The translations under genes and the position numbers were made by a program. Of a stretch of DNA of 64,000 nt, positions 37,757 to 51,282 are shown one piece after another. Location of the stretch: contig OX597814.1 in assembly GCA_951406725.2 (NCBI GenBank), positions 27,466,001-27,530,000 on the forward strand. Direction: 5' to 3'. The notes below the pieces were generated by a model. The model had not been told where the DNA came from, made no database searches, and saw nothing but the letters and a program-made list of their open reading frames with translations. This DNA is from Octopus vulgaris (lineage: Eukaryota). The first letter of the stretch is position 1. Each line of letters opens with the position of its first letter.

Positions 37757-38168
37757 CATTTTGAAGATTATAATTATTGCTGTAGGAAGGTTTTGTACAA
37801 TTCTTAACTGAGATGTTTACAATTTGTTCATCATTAGAAAATTTGGAACAGGTAGATTGTAGAACTAAGGCATCTGATCCAATCAAATTCGTTTCTTTTC
37901 TAGGTAAGTCACAAACTGGTTTGTTGTTAATTTCTTTTAAATTAGTCTGTAAAACTTCAGAATATGTTTCTGTCTCTGGTTCTTGTGAAGGTTCTGACTG
38001 GGCCTCTATCTCTGGTTTTTGTAAAGGTTCTGAAGATGTTTCTATTTCTCGTTTCAAATCTTGCTTGTCTGGTTCTTGAGTTAGTGAGGATGTTGAATTT
38101 TCATTGTCATTATCTTCAGATTCTTCGCCAGGGCTGATATAAATTAGAGTGTAAAATTCTTGAGGTTC
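37757..38168 (-). CDS. TINF2: TIN2-like gene, acidic low-complexity exon
   Basis: Strong poly-T AG acceptor and GTAAGT donor, open 137 codons, phases fit both neighbours. Confidence 0.65.
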
Positions 38169-39725
38169 CTAAAAAAAAAAAAGTTTTTGTGTGTACATGA
38201 GATCATTAGCTAGTTGCGAAGGGAGATAAATTAGGTGAGTTGTAAGAAATTACGAAAGTGGCATGTAAAAAGCACCTACTACACTTTTAGAGTGGTTGAC
38301 ATTAGGAAGGAAGGGCATCCAGCTGTAGAAACATTGCCAGATCAGATTGGAGCCTGGTGCAGTGTCCTGGCTTTCCAGACCTCAGTGTCAAACCGTCCAA
38401 CCCATGCCAGCATAGAAAACGGACGTTAAACGATGACGATGATGAAGGTTGGCCAAAAGTTACCTGACAGTAAATCAAAAGGAAATGGAACTAAGCACCA
38501 CAAAGAATTTTGTCCCTTACTCTACAAATTTCACCACGCCATCAACCTAATTTTGACATAAGGCCAGCAATTTTGAGGGGAAGGAACAAATCAATTACAT
38601 CAATCCAAGAACTTGACTGGTATTTATAATATCAAACTTGAAAGAACGAAAGACAAAGTTGACCTTGATAGAATTTGAACTTAGAATGTAAAGAGCCAGA
38701 ATAAATGCTGCTAAGCATTTTCTCTTACATGCTAACGATTCTGTAGCTCACAGCATTTCATTAGCCTAATAATGATAATTTCCCATATTGGCACGGTCTC
38801 AATATTTTGGTGGGCAGGTTGATTAAATCAACGTCAGCACTTGGCTGATGGTTATTTTACCATTCATGGAATTATGAAAAGCAAAGTGGAAATAGAACCC
38901 AGAAACCAAAAGGATATACTGTATATACTCACGAATAGGTCGCACATTTTTTTACCAAAAGTTTTGATAAAAATGAGGGTGCAACCTACCCACTCAACAT
39001 CACATGGATCTGAAGTAGAGAGTGGCGTATCAGTAGTCTTAATTCTAGACATTTTTCTTGTTAAATTCATACTTATTCATTTTTTTATGTTGAGTTGATT
39101 TATCAAGTAGACTACTTTCATAAAGTCACATCTGCAAAAATGCTTTAAAATATGTAAGCAAAGTTTTGAAATAAAGGTGAGTCCTACTGCGTAGCACCTT
39201 GGGCAAGTGTCTTCTACTATAGCCTCGGGCCAACCAAAGCCTTGTGAGTGGATTTGGTAGACGGAAACTGAAAGAAGCCCGTCGTATATATGTAGTTTGT
39301 GTGTCTGTATTTGTCCCCCCACCATCGCTTGACAACCGATGCTGGTGTGTTTACGTCCCCATAACTTAGCGGTTTGGCAAAAGAGACTGCTAGAGTAAGT
39401 ACTAGGCTTATGAAGAATAAGTCCTGGGGTTGATTTGCTCAACTAAAGGCAGTGCTCCAGCATAGCCACAGTCAAATGACTGAAACAAGTAAAAGAGATT
39501 TGATAATATTTAACAATATTAGTTATATTTACATTGAAAAGGGTCATATAACTCCCCAGATTATAGTGCAACCTATCTGCGAATCAACTGCAAATACCAA
39601 CTTTGACAACCCCAAACTAAGGGTTCAACCTATATATACGGTAGCTAAATACTGCAATACATTAAGTCAAAGTCTTACTTCTACTGCTACTATAAGAATA
39701 ACAATATTAATAAGTGTTCAAAAAC

Positions 39726-39831
39726 CTGTTCATTCTGTTGAAGATCTTCACCAGGACTATCTTGTGGTTGAATTTGTTCAGAACATGTTGGTGGTTTCTC
39801 TTCATCAGGTGAGACAGAATCAGAAGCCGAT
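39726..39831 (-). CDS. TINF2: TIN2-like gene, internal exon
   Basis: Phase 2 to 0, SASDSVSPDEEKPPTCSEQ...NEQ; the donor GTTTTT is weak. Confidence 0.55.
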
Positions 39832-40075
39832 CTACAATATATATATATATATAAAGTAGGTAACTGCAAGCATACCCAACCGGGATCAAAAACAAAATTC
39901 TCAGAAATTGATATTCACTTCAGATTGTCTCCCCTGCAGATTCCTTGATGACTTAAAACCATATCCAGCCAAAATGTTCTACCTGTTTTACATTCAAATT
40001 AGCCAGATCTAACTTCTCACACCTGCCTTACAATGTGCATGATTAATTCAAAACAAAGTGAATAAATAAGCTTTA

Positions 40076-40683
40076 CAGTAATCCCTCGACTATTGTGGAT
40101 GGTATGTTCCAAACCCCCTGCGATAAGTGAAAATTCGTGAAGTAGATTCAGTACTGTACTGCACTGCATATATTTTTTAAAATGATTTTTATATATTTAT
40201 TTTATTATAAATGCAAAAACACCACCACAGAAGAATTGACATAAGCTTAAATAATAAACCACGATATGGCGAGGGATTGGATGGAAGCACTCCGTCGGTT
40301 ACAACGACGAGGGTTCCGGTTGATCCGATCAACGGAACAGCCTGCTTGTGAAATTAACGTGTAAGTGGCTGAGCACTCCATAGACACGTGTACCCTTAAC
40401 ATAGTTCTCGGGGATATTCAGCGTGACACAGAGAGTGACAAGGCTGGCCCTTTGAAATACAGGTACAACAGAAACAGGAAGTAAGAGTGAGAGAAAGTTG
40501 TGGTGAAAGAGTACAGCAGGGATCACCACCATCCCCTGCCGGAGCCTCATGGAGCTTTTAGGTGTTTTCGCTCAATAAACACTCACAACGCCCGGTCTGG
40601 GAATTGAAACCGCAATCCTACGACCGTGAGTCCGCTGCCCTAACCACTGGGCCATTGCGCCTCCACTTGGCGAGGGATTACTG
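40076..40683. mobile_element. pogo/Tigger-like MITE (TA flanks) interrupted by a SINE
   Basis: TA-CAGTAATCCCTCG ... CGAGGGATTACTG-TA; it sits inside a piggyBac-like MITE remnant (~39950-40720). Confidence 0.8.
40279..40667 (-). mobile_element. SINE (head A, tail T1) with 12-bp TSD
   Basis: TSD TGGCGAGGGATT at 40267-40278 and 40668-40679. Confidence 0.9.
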
Positions 40684-43600
40684 TACATTTGACAGAATAA
40701 TCTGAATGCTAAAGGATTAACATAATTTATCCCTGATCTGACAACAGATAACTTTCAGTGGGTTTATATAATATTTAAATTACAATAGGAATGAAAAAAA
40801 AAGGTGGTGGTAGTGGGGCAAATATAATTAGGATACTTAGGTAAACATGGTGTGATAATAGGTTTAGAGAAACTTTTGGATCAGTTCAAGTTATGTCTGG
40901 GACATATTTGACTAGTAACGACAATTTTTACTGTGGCTTGCTACAGGGAAAATTCTTACTTCAGGCAACAAGTGATAAAACACGACCAGTCATTTCAGAG
41001 CCTCTCTTGAGTGACTGATAAATGTATTTTAAGGTCTTAAGCTATCGTCAATGAGTCTGTCAGCCATTCATATGCAGTCAGTAGATATTTGCTACTGTTT
41101 TTTTTTTTTTATAGTTATTTAAGAGTTGTCATCCTTGACGTCCAGTGCTGATTATAGCAAAGGAGCTTGAAATGCATTTATCAATCCACAAGGGGTGCTC
41201 TGAAATAACTGTTGGCGTTTTATCACTGTTGCCTAAAGCAGGAATTTTCTACATGGCAAACTACAGTCTTTTCACAGGCCAAATATATCCCAAACATATT
41301 TGAACTGGTTTGAGATTTTGCGTTTTTTTGTTAGGATAATTTATCAATTTGATAGTCACATATTTTCATTGGCTTCAGCGTAAAATGAAAAAGTGGCAGC
41401 AGAATTAAAGAATAAGATGATCACTACATAGTAGCTAGAAACAACAGCAAGCTTATCCTCAATTCATATTCAACTGCCTCGAAGAAAGGTCTAGAGCCAT
41501 ATTGGATGATATAGTTCTAGACATCTGGAACCATTTGGGTCGATATGTCAGCTCAATGGCATTTGACCCGGAGCTGAACAAGTAGCAGTGTTTGAATTAT
41601 GGTGACCTTCAAGCTAAAGTAATGTTCAACAGAAATATTCAAGAGCAAAACAACTACATGTATATTGTTATATTGATTATGGCATTGTGTATGTATGTGT
41701 GTGTGTGCATACATTCACTCACACAGAGATAATATATACATGAACATGTTGAATTTCTGACAACTTATTTATAGTGTCAATAGCAGCTGCTTTACACTGA
41801 CAGGGGCATTATGGAGTGTGTGTATATGTATGTATGTATATCATCATCATCATTGTTTAACGACCGCTTTCCATGCTAGCATGGGTTGGACGATTTGACT
41901 GGGACTGGCGAACCAGATGGCTGCACCAGGTTCCAATCTTAATCTGGCAGAGTTTCTACAGCTGGATGCCTTTCCTAACACCAGCCACTTCGAGAGTGTA
42001 GTGGGTGCTTTTACATGCCACCGGCACGGGGGCCAGTCAGGCAGTACTGGCAACAACCTCGCTTGAATGTTTTTTCATGTGCCAGTAAGGCGACGCTGGT
42101 AACGATCACACTAGAATGGTGCCTTTTACGTGCCACTGGTACGGAAGCCAGTTAGCCACTCTCCCTCTATATATATATACATACACACACACACATATAC
42201 AGACACATATATACGTACATGCATACATACACACACACAAACATATATCATCATCATCATTATTTAATGTCCATCTTCCATGCTGGCAATGACTGGATAG
42301 TTTCACAAGATCCAAAGACCTGGGGATGTGTATACAGCTGGATGCTTCTCCTAATGTTAACCACAGAGTGGACTGAGTGTTTCTTTGCGACATTAACACA
42401 AGTGAAGTTGCCAAGTAATATGCAAGACAAGAAAAAAAAAAGAAGTTTTCCATCGGAGAGGGGGAAGTGGTTTTATGCCAGGTGTTGAGAGACTGAAGTA
42501 AAATAGAAGGGTACAAGTGTTTTGCTACAGAATACATGGTTACCTCACATTACATAGGAGCAGGTGGGAGTAATTGGAAATAAAATAAGGATGGTGACAA
42601 GGTGACAGAGCATACTCTCAAGATACAAGATGGTGGGAATGAGAGAGCATATGGGCCTAAGATTGGGAGGAGTGGGTGGATAAGTTCAAAGAAGTGTGAG
42701 AATGACAGGTGGTTAGAGTTGGAGTTAGAGGTTAATGTGAATGATGTGCAAGGGTGGCGGTATGGTCACTGGTAAATACCAGTATGAGGAAGAAGGTAAA
42801 AGAAATAAGGAAGTGATAAGTGGCAGCAGAAGAAGGATGGAGAGCAGCAATATAATAAACTTGTAGAGAGACAAGGAAATAGGGAGATGATGTGCAGTGT
42901 TAGAAGGTGGAGAGTGAGAGAGAGTGAGATGGTGGTTAAAGGTACACATAGTTAGGTACACTATAGTTAGTTTGTGTGTGTGGGGGGAGGAGGAGGGCAA
43001 AGGTGAAGGGGAATATCAATGGTAGATATGAGAGGGTGTTAAAAATGAGGTACAGCAGTACCAAAATGTAACTTAGAAGAGAGGGAAATACATCTGGGAG
43101 TAAAGAGAGGGGTAATCAGTGGAAAACAGAGAAGGGATGATATCGAAAAGGAGGGAGGATGCTGAAGGAAGTGGTTCCAAGGAGTGGCAGAGGCAACATG
43201 TAGAAGTGTGTAGATTCTGCTGTTATATGATTACAGCAACAGAATGATGCCATAATTAGAAGTGATGGGTATTAAGAAGATGAGAAACAGTGCAAACTTG
43301 ACAGGGGCAAATGTATAGACAAAAACAATGCTCTTAGGACCTCACTTTCATCATGACAGTTCATATTGAGCACAACAAAACATCAGTCATCTCATCCTTT
43401 GTTACCTTCACTGCAAGCATTAACACCTTAAGATCAGCCCTTCATTACTGTGTCCCATGTCTTGCTGAATCTCCCTTTTCCATAAGTTCCATATACTTTA
43501 AGCGATCAACACTTCTTTGAACGTGGCTGATGCCAGCGCCGCCCTAACTGGCTTCTGTGCCAGTGGCACATAAAAAGCACCATCCGAATGTGGCCAGCGC

Positions 43601-45559
43601 CGCCTTGGCTGGCTTCCGTGCCAGTGGCACGTTAAAAGCTCCAACCGATCGTGGCCGATGCCGGACCCCCCTGGCACCTGTGCAGGTGGCATGTAAAAAG
43701 CACCCACTACACTCGCAGAGTGGTTGGCGTTAGGAAGGGCATCCAGCTGTAGAAACTCTGCCAGATCAGACTGGAGCCTGGTGTAGCCCCTGGCTTCCCA
43801 GACCCCGGTCGAACCATCCAACCCGTGCTAGCGTGGAAAACGGACGTTAAACGATGATGATGATGATGTTGTTAGCCATACATATCACATGATCATACCA
43901 GCACAATCTTGTCTTGTACATATCTGATTCCCCAAATGCCTAATTTTTCTCAATATATTAGCACTTTGTCTTACATGCACACTTATGTTGTACATCCACT
44001 GGAACATACTAACTTCGTTTCTAGTCTTTACATGTCCTCTGCATCTCATTACTATGCAGTATTGCTGTTTATCCACAAGCACTGTACAACCTATCTTTCA
44101 CTCTGAGGAAGAGACCTTTTGTTACCAACAGAAGTAATAACTCCCTGAACTTTCTCCATCCTATTTTTATTCTAGCAACTATATTTTTGGAACATCCTCC
44201 TCCACTGCTAATTAAGTTACCTAGGTAACAGAAACTATTAATTGCCTTTAGGGAGCCTCCTAGGCATTGAAGAGAATGTATTTCTATTTCCTGACAGTTC
44301 TTAGTGTTTATTGTTCCTGCATATCTGCCACATATAAAGTCTACTTTCTGTTAACTTTCCTGTGATTCTACTATACACACACACACAAATATCCATAGCT
44401 AATATATTTCATATGAGAGTGTGTGTGTACAAGTGTAGCAAAAGGACTACTTAATACATTATGTAATTGTTAAACAGTTTATCTGGACATTATTCAGAAT
44501 TACATAGCTATGTAAGCACAACTTTTATCCATCAGGTTTTTGATTGATTAGACAAGTCTATCTCTCTCCACACACACACATGACACCCAATAACAGAACA
44601 TAAAATGAAAGTATATTTTTGATTGAAATATGGCCTTACTGTACAGTTATTTTAGTGTTATAAACATAAACCGTCAGCTGGCAACGAAACTATTCGTTGT
44701 TATTATTTAGTACTCAGTAACTCTCCACAGCAGAGATGTATAATCAAAGACATTCCTTCTGTGACCATCCACTCACTTTTTAAATTTTATTTTATAAGAC
44801 ATAATGTATATAAGACTACATTAATCAAGAGGCCTTTTAAGATAGTAAAGTTTGATATTTTAGAAAGAATAGAGGAAGATTTAGCTGCTGTTTCTAGCAG
44901 GTTGAATGACCATGTAAGGGATTCATCTTTTGACTATTGGGTTTAATATTTGTTTAATGCATCCAGTCAAGGACTTTCCAAAGTTAATGTAGAAAAAGCG
45001 GTAGTGATGGACATCAATAATCATTGACAAAGAAAAGAAGGAGAAAGGAAAGTGAAAATGGTTAGTGATAAAGAAAAATGATTGAATATTAGGAGATCTA
45101 ATGTGATGGGAAAGTGTTAGACTGTTAAGAGAGTGATGATAAGGAGTAGTCGAATAAAGATAAGATTACAATGCCACTTCTCCTTATATAAGAAGTGCAC
45201 AGTGATAGGAAAGTAAGTAACAGATGAGAGGTTAATGAAGAGAGGAGGCAGGCAGGAGGCAGAGACTTAACCCTTTTAAGAGCTAAATCTGTCTGAAACT
45301 GTCCTTGATCCTATGATACAAACGTCTGTTTTAAAGTGATTTCAGCTAAAACTTTCCATCAAAATTTCATGTTAAATTCCAGATGATAGCTTAATGTTGT
45401 GCCAAAGATATTTTACTAAAATTCATTTTTTCCCATATTAATCAAAATAAAAGCAATGTATTTCAACAGAAATTTTGTAACAAATGGGTTAAGATGAACA
45501 TATGATGGCTGGGAGATCTAAATGTAGATGTTATAATTTCAAACCTCTATCATTTTTAT

Positions 45560-47200
45560 GTCTGTTTTCCTAATGCTTGCATGGGTAGGTTGGTCTTCTC
45601 TAGCATGGCATGTTGTCACTCATCACAGGTTTTTTTGTCCTTGATGAGGTTCAGCCTCTTGAGATCAATCTTCACTACTTCTTCCCATGTTTTCCTAGGG
45701 CTCCCTCTTACACAGCTTCCAGTTCTCTTCAAGTGCTTGGCAATGCTTAATACATGAGCATTACAGTTTTCTCTCTTGCACATTACATTTCATCTGGTTC
45801 CTCTTCTATCTAGCTTTTCTCTCAGCTCATTTCTGCTATATTATTCATACAAAATTAATATTACACACCCAAGAGGAACATATTAGCACTCTTTCCAGCA
45901 TCTGAGACTACATCTTGCTACCTTGTGGCATCACACATCATATCATCTGCTTTTCCCTCTGAGAGAGAACCTCTTTGTTTGCAAGAGGTCAACTGGCCTC
46001 TGAACTTTTTCAATCCTGTTCTTTCTGGTTACTATGCTTTTTGGAAGACACATCTCCACTGCTAATTAAGTTATAAAGGTAATCAAAAGTATCAAGTACT
46101 TGTGGAGAGTTTTCAGGAATCTATTTCTTGCATACTCTTACAACTGACTGCTTCTAATGCACTCACCACATATGAAGCCTACTTTCAATGTCAGCCTGCA
46201 TAGGATCCCACTATACCTCGTGAGTTTACAGTACAGCATACGGATTTCTATTTATTCCTTTTCTATATATTGGGCATAACCATTTCCCTGAAGGCTGTAG
46301 GGTCCTGTTTGCCTTTTCTAATTACTGAAGCTTTAGTTCTTATTAAACCTAGTTTGAGGGTTCTCAATTTTAGAATTTGCTTCCATGTTCAGAATTTCTT
46401 CTCTAAATCTTTTCTTTTACAGATTCAGTTATAAGAACTTAGGTCATCAGCATACAGGAACTCCCACAGACAACTGGTCTTAAACTCCTTCATTGCAGCT
46501 CAAAGGTTTTTAATAAAAAGGAGCCCTGCATGCTGAATTCCCTGCAGGACTCACTGCTAACTCTCGCCTTGCTGAATGCATCTCTGTACATGGCTCACAC
46601 ATGTACAAAGGTGCAGTCACAAGGAATGCTTTCGCTTTCTTTGTGATCACTAGAGTACATAGAACCTCATCAAAGGCCTTCTAAATTTGATAAATGCTAG
46701 AGGAGTGGTTTATCTGTAGCTAAGTAATTCTCCAGCAATTGTCTCACAACAGAACTGCATCTCCTCTTTGCTTATTTCCCCCCTAATCAATTGTTATGAC
46801 TCTTTCAATAACATTCATGATCTGGTTCATTAATTTGATGCCTCAGTAGTTTCCTCTCTCTCATGTATGTCTTTATTCTTGTCACAGTGGATGATGACAC
46901 TACTATGTCAGTCATTGGATATGACACTTCCTGAGACTAACATGTGGCCTACCTCCCTAGATATTTTCAGTATCCCAGAGGCTACATCTGATGATCCAAC
47001 TACCTTCCATGCCTTCATATGTTTAAATGCACTTTTGACCATACAGTTTTCAATTTCAGTAGCTGGGCCTCTGTTGGATCTGCTTGAGGTAGTCACTATC
47101 GCTCTCTTCTAAGCATTCCTATTCTCTTGTAGTATCAATTCTATGCTTCTTTCTTTTTGGTGCCAATGTGAGCACATGCACTATTACTCTTTCATACATA
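45560..47200 (-). mobile_element. decayed RTE-clade LINE
   Basis: Minus-strand remnants NY*GIKLMNQIMNVIERV (~46850) and CLWEFLYADDL (~46450). Related debris at 43870-44400 and 11540-11650. Confidence 0.75.
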
Positions 47201-48361
47201 CTTCTCCCTAATAATATAGCATATTTGGTAAAGAAGAAAAAAGATGGAAAGAGAATTTAAATTATTTTGTGTTACACATCTACATATATTCAATGATACT
47301 GGTGCTGCTGACTCACATTTTTTCATATGTCAATGTTATTCTCAGAAGACCTATTTCATGGCTAAGCAATACTATATAGATTTAATATAAGTTATATACT
47401 GATTGGTGAGTATGAAGACAGTTTGAGCAGAGGAGGGTGTAAATATGATAAAGAAATATTAATAGCAAAGAAGTGAGCTTAAGTTAAAGCCCACTGTTGT
47501 TAAATGTCACCACTAAAAGACCAAATGGACAAAAGTTTTGACAAGTTAGGTCTGTCAAGTAAATCCCTCTGTATAACGAACACAATGTTTGATCAACACC
47601 CTTGGTGCACAACTATATGAGCAGCTCTGGACAGTAAAATCAGGAACCAGATCGATTATATTCTCAGAAATAAAAGATTGAAAACCTATACTTCTGGAAA
47701 ACTGCCATGCAAAGGTAACTTTACAGTTTTGGACACATCTCAAGAACTGATGACATACTGGAATGCTCTGTGCTTGAAGGAAGAGTAGAAGTTAACCACT
47801 GCCAAGGCAAATAGTCGGCAACCTGGACTGCTAACATCAGAAATAGACCAGCCTCACTCACTACAGTGGAAGAAAGTGGTGGCCGATGTTCTGCATGATG
47901 ATGAAGGAAAGCCTCAGTATAAATTTAAGAGGCTCTCCATGAGCCAGCGAGGGAGCCTCTACTTGGTTGCTGTATCATCTCTGGTAAACTATCATCATCA
48001 TCATCCATCATGTTCACTTTTTCCATGCTAGCATGGGTCAGATGGAATTTGAGGAAGATCTTCTACAGCCAAATGTCCTTCTCATTGCTGACCCTAACCT
48101 GTTTCCAAATAAGGTAATATTTTCCTCATAGATGTTGTTTATGGAAGACTGGAAATGAACAACGTCACTTGCAAGAGGATGATGCTTATTTATAATAGTT
48201 ATGTAATATCTAGGCAAGACAACAAACAAACATATAGATACATACAGAGAACGAAAATACCATTGAATAGCTTAAAATACAAACAACTTTGGACCAGGTA
48301 GGGAAATATGGAGTATTAAAAAGAAAAAGTTCATATTATAAATGTGATAAAAATCACAATG

Positions 48362-48690
48362 GGGAAATTGCATGGCTTAGTAGTGAGGGTATTTAGCTCA
48401 TGATTGTAAGGTTGTGAGTTCAATTCCTGGTGACATGCTGTGTCCTTGAGCAAGACACTTTATTTCACGTTGCTTCAGTGCACTCAGCTGGCAAAAATGA
48501 GTTGTACCTATATTTCAAAGGGCTAGCCTTGCCACATTCTGTGCCACACTGAATCTGCCTGAGAACTATGTGAAGGCTACATGTGTCTGTGGAGTGCTCA
48601 GCCACTTGGACATCAATTTCGCAAGCAGGCTGTTCTGTTGATGAGATCAACTGGAACCCTCGTTGTCACAACCGATGGAATGCCACAACT
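48362..48690 (+). mobile_element. SINE (head B, CORE-like body, tail T1)
   Basis: GTGTCCTTGAGCAAGACACTTTATTTCACG body followed by the same tail as 40279-40667. Confidence 0.8.
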
Positions 48691-48776
48691 CACATGGGAT
48701 GCGAGTCTAATAGTAATCTAGTGGTTAGGTTTTCAGGTAGATGGTTGGTAATAGAAGGCTTTTGTTTCGTATTAAA

Positions 48777-49580
48777 CTAGCTGAATTACCCAGCTTTGCT
48801 AAGGTTACAGCTGTTCATATTCAAATTAGTAAACAATAAATATGAAGATATATTTTTTTCTCATATTTCAAAATATCTATATTTTATTGAAAAATATCCA
48901 AATTGTAATGATAATAGAATTTAGAACTGAAAAATCTTTCAATCTTGAAGCACCTCAGGGTAAACAACATTCATTGTGTAATTTTTTGTTGGTGTCCAAA
49001 TGAATAAATTGTTGCTGTTTCCAACTTGTGAGCAATGAACATAGAGTTAGCCACGGGAGAAGCATGCAGTAGAGAAATGACGTGCAACTACCTTGAGGGA
49101 TTGAACCTGAGATTTGTTAATTGAAATACCAAAATTTAGTTTGACTGGAAACTGAAGCCTCTTAAATTCAAATGGAATATCAGAAGGTATGAGAGGAAAT
49201 TTTGGAATAAAGACATTTTTTTTCTTTGTGACTACCTATTATGATTGTTGCCTGTAGGACATGGGGCTTCATGGACGTAACAATTAAGCAAGTTCCATTA
49301 CACAGGCAAGGTGGGTCAAGATTCCTAAGCAACATAATGGGAACATCCAGCTTTAGTGTCAAGTTATGCGTTGGCATCCCAGTGGGTTTAAGTGTGTGCA
49401 GAAATTCAACAGCCTGATCTTGACTGACTGTTGTGTGAATTGATGGAAAAGTCATTTCTGATGTATCTGTTAACTTTTGAAGAAGTTTATGATTGAGTTT
49501 ATCAACCATTTCATTAATTGGAGCCTATTGGCTCCAACTAAACTGGCTCTTTCACATAGCCAGTTTACATCAGTGTAATT
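48777..49580 (-). mobile_element. Helitron 3' remnant with decayed PIF1-like helicase
   Basis: EFLHTLKPTGMPTHNLTLKLDVPIMLLRNLDPPCLCNGT, then PFEFKRLQFPVKL..ISINKSQ in another frame; terminal CTAG (48780-48777) followed by T on the minus strand. Confidence 0.88.
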
Positions 49581-49639
49581 GAGAATCACAAATACACTCA
49601 CATACATATACTAAGACAGACACACACAGACATACATTT

Positions 49640-49965
49640 ATGTAATGCAAACACAAACACACTCATATACAAAATGTGTTGTCACCATGGTATAAAATGT
49701 CCTTTACTATCTTGTACGTAATGAATGTGCAAACACACACACTCAGATATAAAATGCGTTGTAGTGCTGGTGGTATAAAATGTCCTTTACTATCTTGTAC
49801 GTAATGAATGCGCAAACACACACACTCATATATAAAATGCGTTGTAGTGCTGGTGGTATAAAATGTCCTTTACTATCTCATACACATCGGATGTGCAAAC
49901 ACACACACACTCATATACAAAATGTGACATCATGGTGGTGGTGGTATAAAATGTCCTTTACTACA
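49640..49965. repeat. ~83-nt minisatellite, ~4 units, adjoining the Helitron
   Basis: Recurring GCAAACACACAC..CTCA..TA.AAAATG...GGTATAAAATGTCCTTTACTA. Confidence 0.85.
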
Positions 49966-51052
49966 GTTGACTACAGAAAGATTATTTTAGATAAAATGTT
50001 ATATTGTTTTAATCCAAATGAAAATAAAAATTACATGTTGACACTCGCGGGATCTAATACTATTACCTTGTAAAATTTGATTTGGTAGACCCGTTTGAGA
50101 ATGCATAGGAAACAGGCAAACAGACATAGACAAAGAATTTCATATATAGAGACATATGTTTTTTTACCTGTTTGAAATGTTGACTTTGAGGTGAAATAAG
50201 CATAGCAGTAAAACATGGCTAAAAACAACTGATGAAAGGCTGTAACTCTATGGTAATGAATGGATTCTGATCTATTGGCGGATACATATATCAATTTAGG
50301 AGAAAAGTAAAGCAAAAATGAGTTAGAAAGTATCTGGGTATTAAATTCAGGGATCAATGTAAGATAGACATGGATTGTGAAAGGATGAACACGCTGTCAT
50401 CATCATCATCGTTTAACATCCGTTTTCCATGCTAGCATGGGTTGGGCAGTTCGACCGGGGTCTGGGAAGCCAGGAGGCTGCACCAGGCTCCAGTCTGATC
50501 TGGCAGTGTTTCTACAGCTGGATGCCCTTCCTAATGCCAACCACCCCGTGAGTGTAAAATAGATAAATAAATAAACTGTCAAGAGTTGATGACAGGAGTT
50601 TTGCAAGTCAATAGTAAACCAGAGAAGTCTAATATAAAATAAGTAAATGAAATCAGAAGATATGACGAAGATACAACATGAAAGACATTTTATTGCAGTT
50701 ATGATGAACTAAGCATACCAGCAGGAAAAAACATACTTTAAAATAACGATTCCTTAGTAAGACACAAGGTGAAGCAATTTTGAAGGGAGATGTTTAGTTG
50801 ATTACATTGATCCCAGTACTTTGCTGGTACTTATTTTATTGACCTCAAAAGGATGAAAGGCAAAGTTGATCTTGGCAGGATTTGAAATCAGAATGCAGAG
50901 TTGGAATAAATGACATGAAGCATTTTTCTGATGCTCTAACGATTCTGCCAGCTCACTGCCTTAAGATATTTATTTTAAAATAACAACGAATTGCTTTGTA
51001 ATGAATGGAAATATGATTCAAAGTAAAAACAATACAAAATGTAAGCATTGCC

Positions 51053-51282
51053 TCAACCCTTTAGCATTTAAACCGGCCATATCCGGCCAAAAGTATTCTG
51101 CCTGTTTTATGTTCAAACTGACCAGATCTGGTCTCTCACACCAACCCTACAATATCGTTCTAGAAATTAACAGCTACCTCATTAAAATCTCATAGCTACA
51201 AGATAATGCATGATTAGTTCAAAACAATGTGGATAAAAAAAGCATTAATTTTGGCAGAATAATGCGAACACTAAAGGGTTAA
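51053..51282. mobile_element. piggyBac-like MITE
   Basis: CCCTTTAGCATTTAAACCGGCC...AACACTAAAGGGTTAA; another copy at 57521-57748. Confidence 0.7.

Noticed and set aside
50031-50357. 108-aa ORF in a TIN2-like intron
   Set aside because: No recognisable motif, and the flanking exons already join in phase without it.
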